Shown: piece by piece, positions 63,218 through 64,000 of the stretch | Position numbering within the stretch: the stretch's first letter is position 1 | Layout: the number at the start of each line of letters is the position of its first letter | Source: an uncultured delta proteobacterium | GTDB taxonomy: Bacteria; Desulfobacterota; Desulfobacteria; Desulfobacterales; QNYZ01 | Reading direction: 5' to 3' | Length of the DNA: 64,000 bases | Assembly (NCBI GenBank): GCA_963845145.1 | Contig: CAWJQU010000002.1 | Location: 595,743-659,742, forward strand | Program-made: the position numbers and the translations under genes | The notes under the pieces: generated by a model | What the model was told of the DNA's origin: nothing | Databases searched by the model: none | Seen by the model: the letters and a program-made list of their open reading frames with translations, nothing else

Positions 63218-63298
63218 GGCCAACGCCATAAATTAACGGTAAACGATAGCGAGTCCGACAAAATCTTCATCGTTCTGCACTGGTAATGATTATTAAAG
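63218..63298 (-). mobile_element. Degenerate integron attC site
   Basis: Plus GGCCAAC..AACGAT..ATCGTT..ATTAAAG overlapping the stop codon of the upstream ORF. Confidence 0.55.
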
Positions 63299-63809
63299 AA
63301 ATAGCTGTATTTCTCCCGAACAATCACCATTAAAATGCATATGACATTTGCCAATTTCAGGAATAAATCTGTGCTTTATTCCGAGTTCATCAAGCCAGCA
63401 TTTAATTCTGTAGAGAACACCGCATTCATACTGCTCAACAACACCCATCTTTTTAACACCGATGTATGCAAAGCATTTGTTTTGATTAAACTTCCATGCC
63501 ATTTTGTTGTTTTCTGGATAAGTAAATTTTACATTCATAAAATCAGGAATCATTAAATTAGTTGCTTCGTCGAAAAACGCTTTAAATTCACTAAAATCTT
63601 CAATCGGTTTAATGCAACCCAGCGTTTTCTTTATTCTTGATAATTTCAATTGAAGAAAGTGACTTTATGGCTGACTTATTAATTTTATTTGTGATTTCAA
63701 TTCCAAATTCTTGCAGACAATGAAAAAACCACATTCCATCGTGAGTCATCCAACATTTGTTTAGAAGATCCACCGTTTCTTTCTGCTGTATATTTTTTGA
63801 CTTCCGCAA
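63293..63809 (-). pseudogene. DUF6125-like protein split by one frameshift (~63640)
   Basis: KCWMTHDGMWF fragment continues in another frame as RIKKTLG...CFAY...YECG...C. Confidence 0.65.
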
Positions 63810-63850
63810 AGAAACCTCCTATTGTACAAAAATTAAAGTGTTATATTTAT

Positions 63851-63922
63851 TCATAACGACCAAGCTGTGCGGTGCAAACGAAGCGCAGCGTAGTTTGCAT
63901 CCGAACGAGCGCCTTGTTATGT
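63851..63922 (-). mobile_element. Canonical integron attC site (72 bp)
   Basis: Minus ACATAAC-AAGGCGCTCGTTCGGATGCAAAC-TACGCTGCGCTTC-GTTTGCACCGCACAGCTTGGTC-GTTATGA. Confidence 0.9.
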
Positions 63923-63925
63923 GCA

Positions 63926-64000
63926 TTACTCACCGCAGCATTTTTGTTCATGGTGCCATTCTGCGATCTTGTATAGTTTTGATGACTGCTTTGAGATCAT
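63926..64000 (-). CDS. 3' end of next cassette ORF (partial, frame uncertain)
   Basis: Open frame ending ...EQKCCGE* immediately before the attC. Confidence 0.35.
   Translation of the reverse strand: MISKQSSKLYKIAEWHHEQKCCGE

Noticed and set aside
58542..63922. CRISPR array or simple terminators
   Set aside because: Elements differ in sequence and length, are separated by genes, and carry attC-type core/inverse-core ends

Overview
Bacterial chromosomal window, probably from an anaerobic Desulfobacterota (Desulfobacterales-like) genome; this is inferred from gene content, not proven. It has three zones. (1) Backbone at 1-13.7 kb and 28.3-48 kb: TAXI-TRAP transporter, ADP-forming acyl-CoA ligase/enoyl-CoA hydratase/RpiR cluster, GluR0-like ligand-gated K+ channel, GT2, hrpA, serB, acuI-like reductase, sucA-sucB-lpdA, rarD, fhs, an ABC exporter pair and an RNB nuclease. 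(2) An AT-richer ~14.5 kb island (13.9-28.2 kb) with two divergent giant genes, both broken by many frameshifts. One is a kinase-like/AAA/TPR/GAF/PAS/histidine kinase/receiver sensor with a sigma54 promoter. The other is an enediyne-type iterative PKS (PksE architecture KS-AT-ACP-KR-DH-PPTase-like) apparently fused to two hotdog thioesterase domains, with no E3/E4/E5 genes nearby. (3) From ~48 kb to the right edge, a minus-strand array of small unrelated genes. It has recognisable integron attC sites at 58.5-63.9 kb that decay leftwards into bare GTTRRRY core remnants, and an inverted vapBC module; no integrase lies in the window. Several MITE/REP-like palindromic elements are also present. 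No rRNA, tRNA or CRISPR array was seen.
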